From: Haplodiscus bocki
Lineage: Eukaryota
Assembly (NCBI GenBank): GCA_965655095.1
Contig: OZ296650.1
Span: 94,178,001-94,242,000, forward strand
Direction of reading: 5' to 3'
Length of the DNA: 64,000 nucleotides
Shown here piece by piece: positions 51,386 to 63,289 of this stretch (positions are counted from its first letter, which is position 1; each line of letters opens with the position of its first letter). A program made the translations under genes and the position numbers. The notes under the pieces were generated by a model, which saw nothing but the letters and a program-made list of their open reading frames with translations, made no database searches and was not told the origin of the DNA.

Positions 51386-52130
51386 TTAGTGTATTTTTAA
51401 AATGAAATGTTCACCACTGATTCCATTGGTTGATGAATTACCCTCTGTTCCAAAGAAGACTGTTACGACTGCCAAAGTTCCTTCTTTCATTTCAGGTACT
51501 GTTTGAGCTTTACAGTTTTGAATTTGGGTAAGCTCTTCAACTTTTGGCTCCTTTTCACGTCCTTTGCGTTTCATTTCAATGATAAGTTGGGCTTGGAGGC
51601 AATGCAACTTTTTCTTCGTTTCACTGGAACCGACCTTCCTCCAGAATTTGATATCTCTCCACGGTGCAAACTTCGCTCCATAACTGTAACGCAATTCTTC
51701 CCCAGTGTCAATGGACTTTGTAGCAAAAACTGCTATGGTCCAAGAAGTAGTGCCATCTTTATATTTTTTAAGGGTTTGACAGTTCTGAACCTGAAAGGGA
51801 TCTACATCAATGATGAATCTAGCCAGGCAATCTAAATTGTCCGATGCATCCAGTACTAAAAATTCAGGAGCTCCTGTTTCAATGCTGTACACGTTGTCGA
51901 TAGATCTGTTCTGCGCCTTTATCTTTCCGCGATAATTGATGGCGAATTCATCTTTTTTGAAAGAACGAGTCACAAACAAACCTGAACCAGCTTTCAGGAT
52001 TTCTGTTACCTCAAAAGAGGGCGGATCAGACTGCAGAAATTCGAAAGGGTCATTCTGTGGGTTGGAATCACAATCTCTGTGGCGAAGACAAACTTGATGA
52101 CGGAGGACTTCATTTGTATCAAAAAGCAGG
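51386..52130 (-). pseudogene. SET-domain lysine methyltransferase (SETD8/PR-Set7-like signature), N-terminal module of the YR gene
   Basis: 'GSGLFVTRSFKKDEFAINYRG' (from 51988), 'LVLDA..CLARFIID..QNC', 'VFATKSIDTGEELRYSYG..PWR' (to ~51655). The frame stays open upstream to ~52135. Confidence 0.85.
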
Positions 52131-53661
52131 CTTTGTAAAAGTCAACTAGCAATAAGACTTCTGAGACATTATTCTCTGCACGAAATGAGTCGAAACTTTG
52201 ACAATTGGAAGTTGTTCACGGGAGAAACTGTTCACGAGAAAGTTTTATCTGGTAGACCATAATAGACTCCGAAAAAGTAAGACTGTGAGAAGCAGGTTAG
52301 AGACACTGAATGTTGGTTAAAACCGAGAAACATATAGACACATGAGCAAACTCTGAAAAAAATAGATTGTGGGGAACCAGTCAGAGACACTGAATGATAT
52401 CTAAAACCGAGAATTGAATGTAAATGCCCAGCAGGAATGACCTATACTGTTAACACCAAATGAGCTATATTCGAATGAAACCAACGGGAATAAAACGTAA
52501 GAAGGGAAAACCATCGAAAGAAAACTAGGAGAACAAGATCTAAAAAACGGGAATAGGATATAAAAAACAACAAGACGATATAAAAGCGGTAATAAGATCT
52601 TGAAAAAGGGGGTTGGATCCAAGGGGAAAACATCTTGAAAGACGACGAAAATTAGACATACAGAACGACAAGAATATGATCTGAAAAATGCAAAAGAGAT
52701 CCATCAAACGGTGTCGGTTCTCGGTTCCCAAAGAGTCAAATAAACTTCGATCTATATTGAAATCAAGCAAACAAATATAAACCATTTACATGCACTCGCA
52801 TATTTGAACCACTTTCCTTAAGGTAGTGAGTTAAGTACTTCAAATACCTATTTTTCACTGAGACGCCATTTTAAAAAAAGATGAATGTAGAAAGAGCATA
52901 TATACAACCCTGGAGGAAAACGGAAAAGTAGATGTTGTAGTGCCCAAGGCACCAGTTCCAATACTGATTATTACTTTAAAATACCTAAATTTCTTTCGAA
53001 TTGTGCAAGCCAAGTTAGTCTTGAACTTATGCAAAGCCGCACTTAATGTTTTTGTTTAGAACTTTGATTTCGAAGACCAGCATTCGATTTAAGCTTGGAG
53101 TAGTTTCATGTTTCCCTGAAATCAAACAAACAAACTGGAAATTGCTTGCCAACGATATTCTACCAAATTGAGAACCTGACCTAAAAACTAATCAGCACGA
53201 CATTGAGTGTTTTTTCCCCGCAGTTGACGATATAACCTTTCGCATTAATGGTGCGACAAGAAAGTCAGTAACATATAATAGGGTTATATAAAACTCTTAA
53301 TTTTCATTTTCTCCGACCTTTTACAACTTAACCGACTGCTTTCAGGGAGCTCTCCGCAAAAACGGCAGTTTTCCAGCTTCCGGTAGTAGTAGAGCCAGCA
53401 TAGCGCCATTTCAGCTGGTTTTTGAAAATACATCGAAAATTTCGAATTTTGTGCTTCAGATGAATGGTTTTCACACGGATCATTAGTAAAATTGAAAGAA
53501 TCGTCCATTCCGAAGCTTTCCGATGAAACTTGAAGTCCGAGGGCGTTTTTCCCATAGGGCCGCGTCAAAAATCTGGCGTTTTGCAGCAAATGGCGTTTTT
53601 CCTTCCTGCACAGTGCCAGGAAGGAATGTACTGTTAATACTACAACTACTAATACTAGTTT

Positions 53662-54520
53662 CTGATGACAATTTAAAGGAAAAGATGGTGGTAGAATGAC
53701 AATTTAAAGTGTCACTACTGGCATTAATGAAGTTCTAAAATTGACTTAATGCCCGGTTTTAGGGTTTAAAAATTCTTTTTCTGTTACTACCGAGTTGGTA
53801 GTTCGGCCAGTTTAAAATTTTAGATTACACGGTTCATTGTTTGGCATAAAATGTCAAAATAAAAGCTTCTACTTTTAACCGATACCTCATTTGTTTAGAG
53901 ATTAAAGAAAGTCCCACAGTGGATTCACTTTACGTGAAAAAAAATGGAGCATTTACCGGTGATCTTGGAAAAAAACTGCCAATCTCAGATAAATTCGACC
54001 TGAGTTGACATTGCGGGGCCGTAATTCCGTAGCTTTTTTCTTGGGTCTTTTTCCCAATGCCAGTTAGAAAACTGTCCCCATGCAGTTTTTTGAAGAGCAG
54101 GCATGCCTCCTTTTCCTCGTCGCTACAAGGAGGCGCGTTTGTTTTCGGAGAGACTTCGTAAAAACGTCAACGGCTGTGTTCAATCCCCAATGTTTTCTCA
54201 TTCTCCCACACGTGGTTACCTTGTTTCTTCACTCACCAGCCTCATCGTTAATCCTACACTCAAGTGTGGTATCTGAACAATTAAAGGAGAGGAGACTGAA
54301 GAATTGAGTGAGCGAATGTGTGTGCGTGTGTGTGTGGGGGGGATTGTAGAAGCGCGGCAGAGTGTTGCAGAATTACAGAAAGTGGGAAGTGCAGAAATGG
54401 GGGAGTGAAGTTGCGGAAATAAAAGTTCCAGAAATGGGGGATTTCTTGATTCAACTATTCTCAATTTTTATTGTTCTTTTGTCTGAAAAAAAACAAACTT
54501 TCTAAAGTTTCATTAGATTT
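53662..54520 (+). repeat. Dispersed repeat, copy A
   Basis: 53662-53935 aligns with 56261-56535, and 54070-54345 (ctgtccccatgcagttttttgaagagc..., GT microsatellite) aligns with 56798-57095. Confidence 0.8.
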
Positions 54521-55769
54521 TCGGAGTAATGTGAAAAACATTTCGGACAAAAGGGAACGAAAATTATTTCCTGAGTAAACAGAATGACCGAAGAGCAGTC
54601 AAAATTATTCATCATGTTTTTTTTTTACTTTTCGGACCAAAAATTCACTTTTTTTGGATGGCTTCAAGTTTTTGGCGTGCGGAAAAAATGCTGGCTTTCC
54701 ATGGGTTGATTTGAAAAGTTTGACGCCACTTTTCGGCGTCATAAATATTTCGCGAAGTTTCCAAAAGAAGTTTGATAGTGATCGATGAATGTTTGGAAAA
54801 ATAAATAGAACCACGTTACTTATATCCCCCCACTAGGAGATATAGGAAACATGGTCCCCAAATTTGCCATTTTTCATACCTGAATACTTATGAAAAACTC
54901 TAGTTCTTTGAGAAAAAATGGGGAGAACAATAGCAACAATTTTCAAAATACAGCTGAAAAACCCTGATAGGTAGAGTTTTTTTATTACATTTTTCGATAA
55001 GGTTTTTCACCGGATCACACTTTTGAACAATTACTATAGTAAGATTACAATGACAGTTTGGATAGTCGGATTTGAGATTTGCCGATTTTGTATTTATTTT
55101 GTTTTTTTTTATTTCTGGCAAAGTTTTTGAAACGTAAAGAAAAATCGAAAAGAGTCGGATTCAAACCCATTAATCCAAAAGCAAGTGCTTACATGAGCAG
55201 CATGAGTTTTGAGAATAGGTTCATCAAAATGAGTGCATCAATAAAAATGAGACTATAAATAAAATTGCTTGTAAGAAAAGAACATAAAAATCTGAAAGAG
55301 TTCTTAAACAGGGATTGGCCAAAAAATTTAATATTATTGGACGTCCGACAATAAATAATTGCCCCTAAAATCAACTTTCCCGAATTCATTGCAATAGTGG
55401 CACTGGAAGAAAAAATTTCATATATTTTGAAAAGAATTTGAAGCAAATATTCTCAAACCCATCGATTTTTTCTAAGAAGGGAACAAACCTGTTATCGATT
55501 AGAAGTAGTTAGAATTTAGATTTCACTTGACTGAAATGTCTTACTAATGAGTTTGATACTTTCAGAATACCATCCAAAGTGCAATCAAGTACTGTTTATT
55601 AGAGTAGGTTGTGTTTGCATTTCTAAAAACTGTTGGAATTTGAAAAATATTTCCACATCTTGTTCGATAAACTAAAACTATATTTTTTTTTCTCCAATAT
55701 ATGATTTCTGAGGCAAAATGTGCAAAAATAATTCATTTATGGCAATTATTTAAAAGTTGCACACTCAGA

Positions 55770-56217
55770 GGGTCTTTTCCCTTTCTTCCCCCCCTGCGGA
55801 ATATTTGCCACCAGTCGAAGCTGAAGCTGCTGCTACCAGTGTACATGTATTTATTGACTGAATACGCCTTTCGCGAGTCAGTAGACAGCGCACACAATTC
55901 ACAAATCTCAAGTACCTTCCAAGAAGCTGACTGCTTGCTGAAGCTAGTTAAAATAAACAAATAGGTATTTACAACAACTTTATTAACCAGAGACTTGAAA
56001 CATACTGCTCAGTTGAGCAAATCAGCTAGGGGGTGGAGGTAATATTGTTGTCAGTAGGGCTGGGTGGGAAGAAACGGAAGGAATTTGTGAATTGTGTGCA
56101 CTGTCTACTGAGTCGCAAAAGACGTATTCAGTCAATAAATACATGTAAACTGGTAGCAGCAGCTACAGCTTCGACTGGGGGGAAATAATCCGCTGGGGGA
56201 AGAAACAGAAAAGACCC
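55770..56217. mobile_element. MITE with ~135-bp terminal inverted repeats, Merlin-like ends
   Basis: 55770-55905 is the reverse complement of 56083-56217. Ends GGGTCTTTTC../..GAAAAGACCC resemble the Merlin TIR. Flanks cactcaga / tactaaga look like a degenerate 8-bp TSD (6/8 match). Confidence 0.85.
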
Positions 56218-56260
56218 TACTAAGACTTTAATTTGTCACAGATAACAACTACATGTTATT

Positions 56261-57175
56261 GATGACAGTTTGAAGGAAAAATGTTGGTAGCAAGACAATT
56301 TAAAGTGTCACTGTCGGCAGTAATGAAGTTTTAAAATGGACCTAATACCTGGTATTAGGGTTTAAATTGTCATTTTGTTATTACTACCGAGTTGGTAGGT
56401 CGGCTTTTTTAAAACTTTAGTCAGTCTACACGGTTCATTGGTTGGCAAACAACGTCAAACCGAAAACTTATTTTACTGAACGATACCTTATTTGTTTGGA
56501 GGTTAGAGAAAGTCCCTCAGTGGATGCACAGTACATGAAAAACGGAAACTCGATCATTTATCGGTTCTGAATTAGGAAGACGTGGACCATAACCATTGAA
56601 AAATGGCAGTTAAAATAAAAACAAAATTGAAATGTTTTCTGAGTATACATACAAAACAAAATTCAGAACTCGCTTTTAAACTGTTCAGTTTCTGCGGAAA
56701 TGGCCTGTAGCCGTTTTTATTTTTGGCTGCGATGAAAATACAGGGTTGTTAATTGCTAGCCCTCTTCTTCGACCCTTTCCGTACTTCCATTTGCGAACCT
56801 GTCCCCATGCAGTTTTTTGAAGAGCCTGCATACTTTCTTTTCCACTTCAATGCAAGGAGGCACGATTGCTTTGACCTTGAAATTTCTGACAGACTTCATA
56901 CACTCGTCAACGGCTGTGTGTTCACTCCCCCAGTGTTTTCTCATCCCCCCACCCGTTGTTACATTGTTTCTTGACTCACCCACTCCCTTCGTTAAAATTG
57001 CACCCGAGTGTGAGTATTGAACAACTAAAGGGGGCGAGACTGAAGAAGTGGGTGAGTGAGTGTGTGTCTGTGTGTGTATTGTGTGGGAGGGAGGATTGCG
57101 GAAGGTTTGCTCAATTTTTAGTATCTCACTTTTTGGAAAAAAAACAAATTTTCAAAAACTTCATTAGAGATTCGA
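56261..57175 (+). repeat. Dispersed repeat, copy B
   Basis: Diverged direct copy of 53662-54520 with a different central segment. Confidence 0.8.
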
Positions 57176-57182
57176 CGTAATG

Positions 57183-57395
57183 CCCGGGTTGGAAAAACAT
57201 GGTTGCCTTGCCATCATTTTGCTATGATCATACCCTGATTATGGCGAAACATGGTCATGATCATGCAATGATGACAGCATGGCGGGCGTGTTTTTTGGCA
57301 CGGTCGTCATGATTCATGGCATGATCCCGGCATGATTACCATGCTTTCCATGATCCAACCATGTCTTATCAAAATTGTCACATTTGAACATGGCT
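57183..57395. repeat. CATG/ATGATC-rich low-complexity repeat (probable non-autonomous element end)
   Basis: Starts cccgggttggaaaaacatgg, followed by a dense run of catg, catgat and gatcat motifs. Confidence 0.55.
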
Positions 57396-57949
57396 GTCTA
57401 CCGGAGTAGTAATAAAACTTTCATTTTCGCACAATTGGGAATAAAGTTTTATTTTTAGTGCGAGATTTGAGTGTGATTTTTGGGGGAAATGAGAGTGAAT
57501 TCAAGTGTGATTTTCCATGAGATTTAGCGTGAAATTTTGCGGTCCCTGCTGAGAGAATGTACTAATATTGGGAGCTACCAATCATTTTTGTAGAGATTCA
57601 TCTGCGCTGAATGAACCATCACTGATCAGTTTAAAAAATTCTGCTGTGCGCTTGGAACTTAGAAAGTAGACGCAAAAAACGACACATTTTCGAGCGCGAA
57701 TGTTCTTCTCGCGTGCGTAGGCTAAATTGAGTCGATGCAGAATTTAACACCTGCTGTTTTCTTTTGTTACTGGAAGATTACAAACTGCATATTTTAAAAA
57801 GGACTAAAACAATGTTCTTTACGGAGCTAAACATGATTCAGGAGACACGTGCATTTTTGCAATTATTTGCTTGAAATTGAGTTTAAAATACGGAAAAGTG
57901 GGTAATTACTCGAAGTACACGGAGGTAATGAACTCCAAAACCTCAAAAC

Positions 57950-59990
57950 TGACTACGTTTTTGGGAGTTGGGCGAAATTGCGGCAACACACTGATGTCAC
58001 GGGCTGTATTGAACAATTGATGTCATTTAATAATGCGGAAGAAGATGTGCAAAAGTTACAAATTAAAGTGCTTTTATTTCTGTGTGCAAAATTGACGATC
58101 CACTTTTGCGTTTATCGCTTCTTCTTTGATGTAGGGGAGACATTTTCAGTAATTGGTGAGCGCGAAAGTTCGAAAAATGAACATCTTAAAATTGTTGACG
58201 TAGATCAGACTTCATGGAGAGGTTGCAAACAAATTTTCTTAAATATTCAACTCGACCTTTGCAGTATTGCCGACGCCACTGGCTCTTTCGATCATAGGTA
58301 AGATCAACTCACACTTGGACCGGAATTTTTGTATCGTCTGCCGTTGCGCACTTTCAGCCCACTAAATCCACATGATGTCTCAAATACATCGTAAGTACTG
58401 TGTGCGCCATCATATAAGGAATTATGATTGCGTACCCAAGCCTCTGGACAGCTATTACCAACACTCTTTTTTTCTTCTGCGGGGGTCCTGCGCAAGTGTA
58501 GGGATCAAATATTTGGCATCCCGCAAAAGTTTCTCGAATCTTTTTGAGTATGTTAATGATTTTCAAATACTGCAAAATTTAAAGCCAGACAATACAGAAG
58601 CATTCTCGTTCCCCGTCAATTCAGTGTGTGCCTGAGATATCCAAGGGCCTCTCGACACTAAACTGTTAACCATTACGGGCTCTTGACCAGCAAATGCTTG
58701 AGGAATTAAAACTTTGTCGTCAATTTCCACAAACGCCATATTAGAATTTTGGAGTAAAGGATGCGAATGTTTCTTTCTTACCCCTTCGCCCTGCAGGTGG
58801 ACAAATTCGGCGTTTCGGAAACGCGTTCGGGTCATCCCTGGAGCAGTTGCTAAGTTGTACAGGAGCTCGGAAAATATTTCTTTGGGCCAACGTCGAGTTT
58901 TGAAGGGAATTTTTAGCTGAAATTTTCCGCGTAGAATTTTTAGGTTTTCGTCGAACTCTGTAATTCGAATCCTACCGGGGTGATTGTTGTCAAAACTGGG
59001 ACAATTTCCATGTTTTGAAAGACTCACTTCCCCATGAAGAGTGACCCAACTAAACTCAAATTTGCACCGAATCAAGCCCTGGTTTTGGGAATTGGAAACA
59101 AAAAAAGGCAATCACTTGAGTACTTCTGCGTATTTGGGTGGATTTTTTTTGCCTCCAAAGCTGACAGGCGATAAATGGGGTTGGCGCCCAAACTGAAACT
59201 ATTGTGATGCGCCAATGCTTTCATGACACACCATGCAGTGCCTAATGGAAAGGAATTGCTTTTGACCAAAACAGGACGGATGAGTAATAGGAAAATAATG
59301 CGACTTCTGAAGAAAAGCGTTGGTGCAAGCAGCGCGAGCGGAACGTTGACAAAACGAAAGACACAAGAGAGAAAGATCTGAAGTAAATGATAGTCGGTTT
59401 TGGGCGAGACTGTCATCACCGTTGTTTCGACGAATTTTAATCGCGGCTTGTAACTCTCCATTCCTTCGACTGGGCGCCAGTTGAATTGTGTTTCGACAGA
59501 GACCAGAGTTTTCAGACTGGTAAAGGAATTCCAGTAAAACCTTGGTCTCGCTCCATCGTGTCAGTGGACGTTTTATCGTTAAAATTGTCCAAAAGATTCA
59601 GTAAGTTTTTGGATCTAGTCCTGATTTTTGCTAATATCACAGTCAAAGGGGTGTGCAGAACATTTCACTCGTTTTTCAGTTACTTTTCGTTTGGAATTGT
59701 TTATTTTTAAGGGCTTTGACACCTATCTTCCTGACTTAATTGAAATTCTCGAGCAAAACCTTTTTTCTTCCTCAGACAGCCGCAAGAGTGAAGAGGTGGC
59801 TAGTTCAACGCATTTAAAGTGTGATTCTAGCGGTTTAATTATTAAGCTCAGCAATTCAAAGCCCAACAACATTTTCAGTAAAAGAAAACTTTTTGGACCA
59901 ACCGGTCTCCCTGTTACCTCCTGACGGAGGCTTGTACACCCAATTGGGTGGGCTTGAAGAAGGCGTTGTTGCGGAGTTTGAAATCACAAC
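57950..59990 (-). pseudogene. Unidentified decayed coding region
   Basis: Overlapping minus-strand ORFs (58304-58495, 58563-59111, 59072-59461) with higher GC and a CxxC pair ('HCMVCH'); no recognisable family. Confidence 0.25.
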
Positions 59991-60375
59991 ACCCTACAAC
60001 AAGCCAAATATTCTACAAAACGTAGCTGTCCAGGTATAGGTTCAATGGGCATTTGATTTATTGATTTCTCTAGAAATGCTCACTTGACTATGTTTTTTAT
60101 TAGCCTTGCTAGTAACGGTATGTATTATAGGAAAAGCTTGAAATATTCTTCCGTGGTAATTTGAAACGTTTTTAAAAAGACCATAGTTCATTTTCTGGTA
60201 CCGCATTTCTTGATAAAGTTTCTAACTGGACCATATTTTTCAAAAAAAGCCTCTAGTAAGATTATAATAACACTTTTGATGTTCGAATATATTTGAACAA
60301 TTGCGACAATTTTGTCTTTATTCGTTATTTTTTTGTTGTGTTAAAATTATTGGAACGTATAAAAAAATAACAATG

Positions 60376-60443
60376 CTGGAATTCGAATCCACGACCTTCA
60401 AGTTCAAGAGATTTACCCCGGGGTCGTAAACCACTCAACCACC
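60376..60443 (-). repeat. tRNA-derived unit
   Basis: Minus strand: tggttgagtgg (A box) ... gattcgaattcc (B box). Confidence 0.4.
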
Positions 60444-60670
60444 CTGACTTACGCTAGCTTTAATAAACTTTTATTGATCACAGAAGTGAATTCATTGATA
60501 TTTTCATATATGCTGGATGGTCAATTTATGGAGAGTTGTTTAGAGTGGCAACCGTTGTTGAAGTAGTTTACTGTTTGTTTTTGTAGAATTGAATATTGGT
60601 TTAAATTAACTCAACTCCATTCAAGCGCCATTTTATTGCACACCTCAAGTGTCGCTCTCTAAATCTTCTA

Positions 60671-62263
60671 GAATCGCTTCTGTTAACTCCCCCCCCCCCA
60701 CAGTAGGAGCTCAAAATGCAATTCCCCTCAAATACAACAAAGATCACAGTCAATCAAATTACTCTTTGAGCTGCAGTTGCTTTTGTCTTGTAATTTGATT
60801 GGCTGTTGCAAAAAAGCTGAAGTTGTTTTTGTCCTGCAATTTGATTGGCTGTTGCAGTAGGCCGAAGAAATAATTCATTTGATCATCACGAACTTTGACA
60901 ATGGTTAGTCTGTTTGAATTTTTTAACAAAACCAAAACAGTGAGAGGTGCATTAAGATTTTTACAAGAACGAAAAATTATTCCAAAAAAAACATAAAGCA
61001 GAGATGGGCACTAAATGACACTCTACATTGGTGAAAGCGATCCGAAACACTGTAGGTGGAGATGCAAACTACGAAATTGCCGAAAAATCACTGGAAAAAT
61101 GACAAATAATTCAAATAATTGGCTCCAAGCTTCCAGCTTGGCGTTTGACAAACTTTTGCTTTTCATCTATTTTCGCTGCGAAAACAAAACTAGCATAGAC
61201 TTCTGCAAGAAAGATCTGGTTATGCCACCAAGCAGTCTTGTCGATTTTTCAAGCTATCTGCATGAAGTTTGCGCTGACGAAATTCTCAGAAACAGCGACA
61301 AAATTGGTGATGAGGGGCAAATTGTGGAAGTTCACAAATCATTATGTACCTGAAGAAAAAACCAGGAGGGGCGAGTGCTGACTTCAACTTGGGTAGTTGG
61401 TGGTATCTGCCGGGAGACCAATAAAGTTTTCTTAACAGTTGTGCCTGACAGGTTGGCCCCAACTCTAATGGCTGCCCTCGAAATCTATGTTAAACCAGGC
61501 ACATTGTTACTAACGGATTGCTGGAAAAATAATTCAATTTTAGTTTTTACCGAAGATTTTTCACACCTTACATTTGTGGAAGCATCATTTTAAACTTATG
61601 GATCCGGAAACGGAAGCGCACACCCAAAGCATTGAATGTCTTTGGAGAGAGGCGAAAAAAAACAAACAACATTATGGAACTCATAGACGTATTTTGGACA
61701 GTTATCTTTGCGAGTTTTTGTGGAGGAAATATCAAGGGAAGGAAGACTTTTTCGAAAAAATTCCGAAAATGATTGCTAGATTTTGGCCCATCGATTGATT
61801 AATGCAATTGTTGTGTTAAAAACACGAGTAATATTTCAATGATGCATTTGCTGTAAAAATATTTCGTGTAATAATTCCCTGATACACTTTCTGTAATTAT
61901 TCAGTAAGAATTGGAATGATTAATCATTAGTTTCTAACTGGAAGTCACACCTCAACTCATACTTGTGAAGTGAGTTCATGTCAACAATAAAGTGAATTCA
62001 TGTCGTCACTAAAATGAATTCATGAATTCACTGCTTCGTGAACCCACGCGCTAGTGAAAATATTTCGTCATAATTTTACATGTACATCACTGGCGATACT
62101 TGAGTAATCGTAAAAAATAAAGGCTTACTGTAAAAGCCAATCAAATTGCAGGATATGATTATATCTAGCTGAGAACGACTTTTGATTAATGCTGGAAAGA
62201 AATAATTCAAGTGTGGGGAGTTAATTTTTTTGGGGGGGGGGGGAGAGATAACAGGAAAGATCC
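60671..62263 (+). mobile_element. Merlin-superfamily DNA transposon (IS1595/ISXO2-like DDE), full length, inactivated
   Basis: TIRs gaatcgcttctgttaactcccc.. / ..gggagagataacaggaaagatcc; perfect 8-bp TSD ATCTTCTA at 60663-60670 and 62264-62271; internal transposase. Confidence 0.93.
60901..61798 (+). pseudogene. Merlin/ISXO2-like transposase pseudogene
   Basis: ATG at 60901; 'WRC..C' Zn ribbon, 'IGDEGQIVEVHKS' (cf. VEIDES), 'WVVGGICRET..VPDR..TL..PGT..TDCW', 'DPETEAHTQSIECLW', 'SYLCEFLWR'. Three in-frame stops and one frameshift near 61575-61590. Confidence 0.92.
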
Positions 62264-62568
62264 ATCTTCTAATTTGAAATTGCAGAAAATTCGTTCAAAA
62301 CCATGATTGTTGTTATAAATATTATCATTCTATGTCATTTAGTCTGTTTCATTCCAATCGATTTTTGGAATTAACAGAAAAGATCTTTACTTTTTGTATT
62401 TTTAAATTTAAATCTACTTTTAATTCAAAACGATCTAAAAAAATTTACACATTAGAATAATTTTTTTCAATTTTCATCTACTTTTACTTCAATTCATTAA
62501 TTTCAGTTGTTCTTTTCACGAAATATAATTTCAAAGTATTTATTTTGTTTATTTTGTACCTTTTCTCT

Positions 62569-62756
62569 GAATCCCTCTACTGATTTAACGTTCCCCACAC
62601 CATAATGGATATGCGAAATAATAAGCGGCCTAATGTTTCAACCCACGCGCGAGTGAATTTCAACCAATCAGAGACGAGTTCGCTTCTGCGTGGGGGTTGG
62701 AGGTTTAATTTAAGTTTTGAGCTTCTACTGTGGGGGAGAGTCAACAGAAAAAATCC
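62569..62756. mobile_element. Small Merlin-derived element / orphan TIR
   Basis: 62715-62756 reverse-complements to ggattttttctgttgactctcccccacagtagaagctcaaaa, closely matching the left end of the Merlin element (60671-60716). Only a weak partner at ~62569; no TSD. Confidence 0.55.
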
Positions 62757-63289
62757 AAAATAAATACTATGAAATTATAATCCTTGAAATGAACTATTGA
62801 TTTATTCAATTGAAGTAAATTTTGAAGAAGTTCGAAGAAATTATTTTCATACATAAATTTTATAAAAAGTTTTGAATTAAACTAAAAATGAAAATTCAAA
62901 ATACAACAATGATATGTTCAAAAATTTCATAAAAAAGACGTTTTAATTTAAAATAATATGGAAAAGCATATCTAGTTTGAATTGAATCAGTGTGGCGAGT
63001 GCAATTGGCGAACGGGAATTCTTGTTTCTGATTGGCTGGAGTGTTAATCTTTTGATAGCACTGTTATTTGTTCTTGTTAGTTGTTCCACTGGTCGCTATT
63101 CACGAGTCCGAAAATGAGTTTTAATTCTCTTGAGTCCAGAAGCTTTGTTGCTGGTCAGTATTGAAACAAGTGCATTTGACACTTCAAAACAAAGCTGCTG
63201 CACGTTGTACGGTTCTATGCGTACCCTCGCTTTGCTCAGAGATACTTACCTGGAGCTGGCAAGTGTAATTGAACATTCAGGTTTTTAGT

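Larger units (their letters stand above)
48366..52130 (-). mobile_element. Decayed Crypton-like tyrosine-recombinase element gene: SET - acidic repeats - C2H2 ZnF - YR - C-terminal helical domain
   Basis: Collinear minus-strand fragments joined across stops and frameshifts; see the sub-features. Element ends not defined. Confidence 0.75.

Noticed and set aside
48366-52130. SETMAR-like SET-mariner fusion, or a DIRS retroelement
   Set aside because: No DD34D mariner motifs and no RT/RNase H motifs nearby; the downstream motifs are YR-type.
60901-61798. Bacterial IS1595 contamination or recent horizontal transfer
   Set aside because: It is embedded with a TSD in eukaryotic repeat DNA and accompanied by related MITEs, as expected for Merlin.
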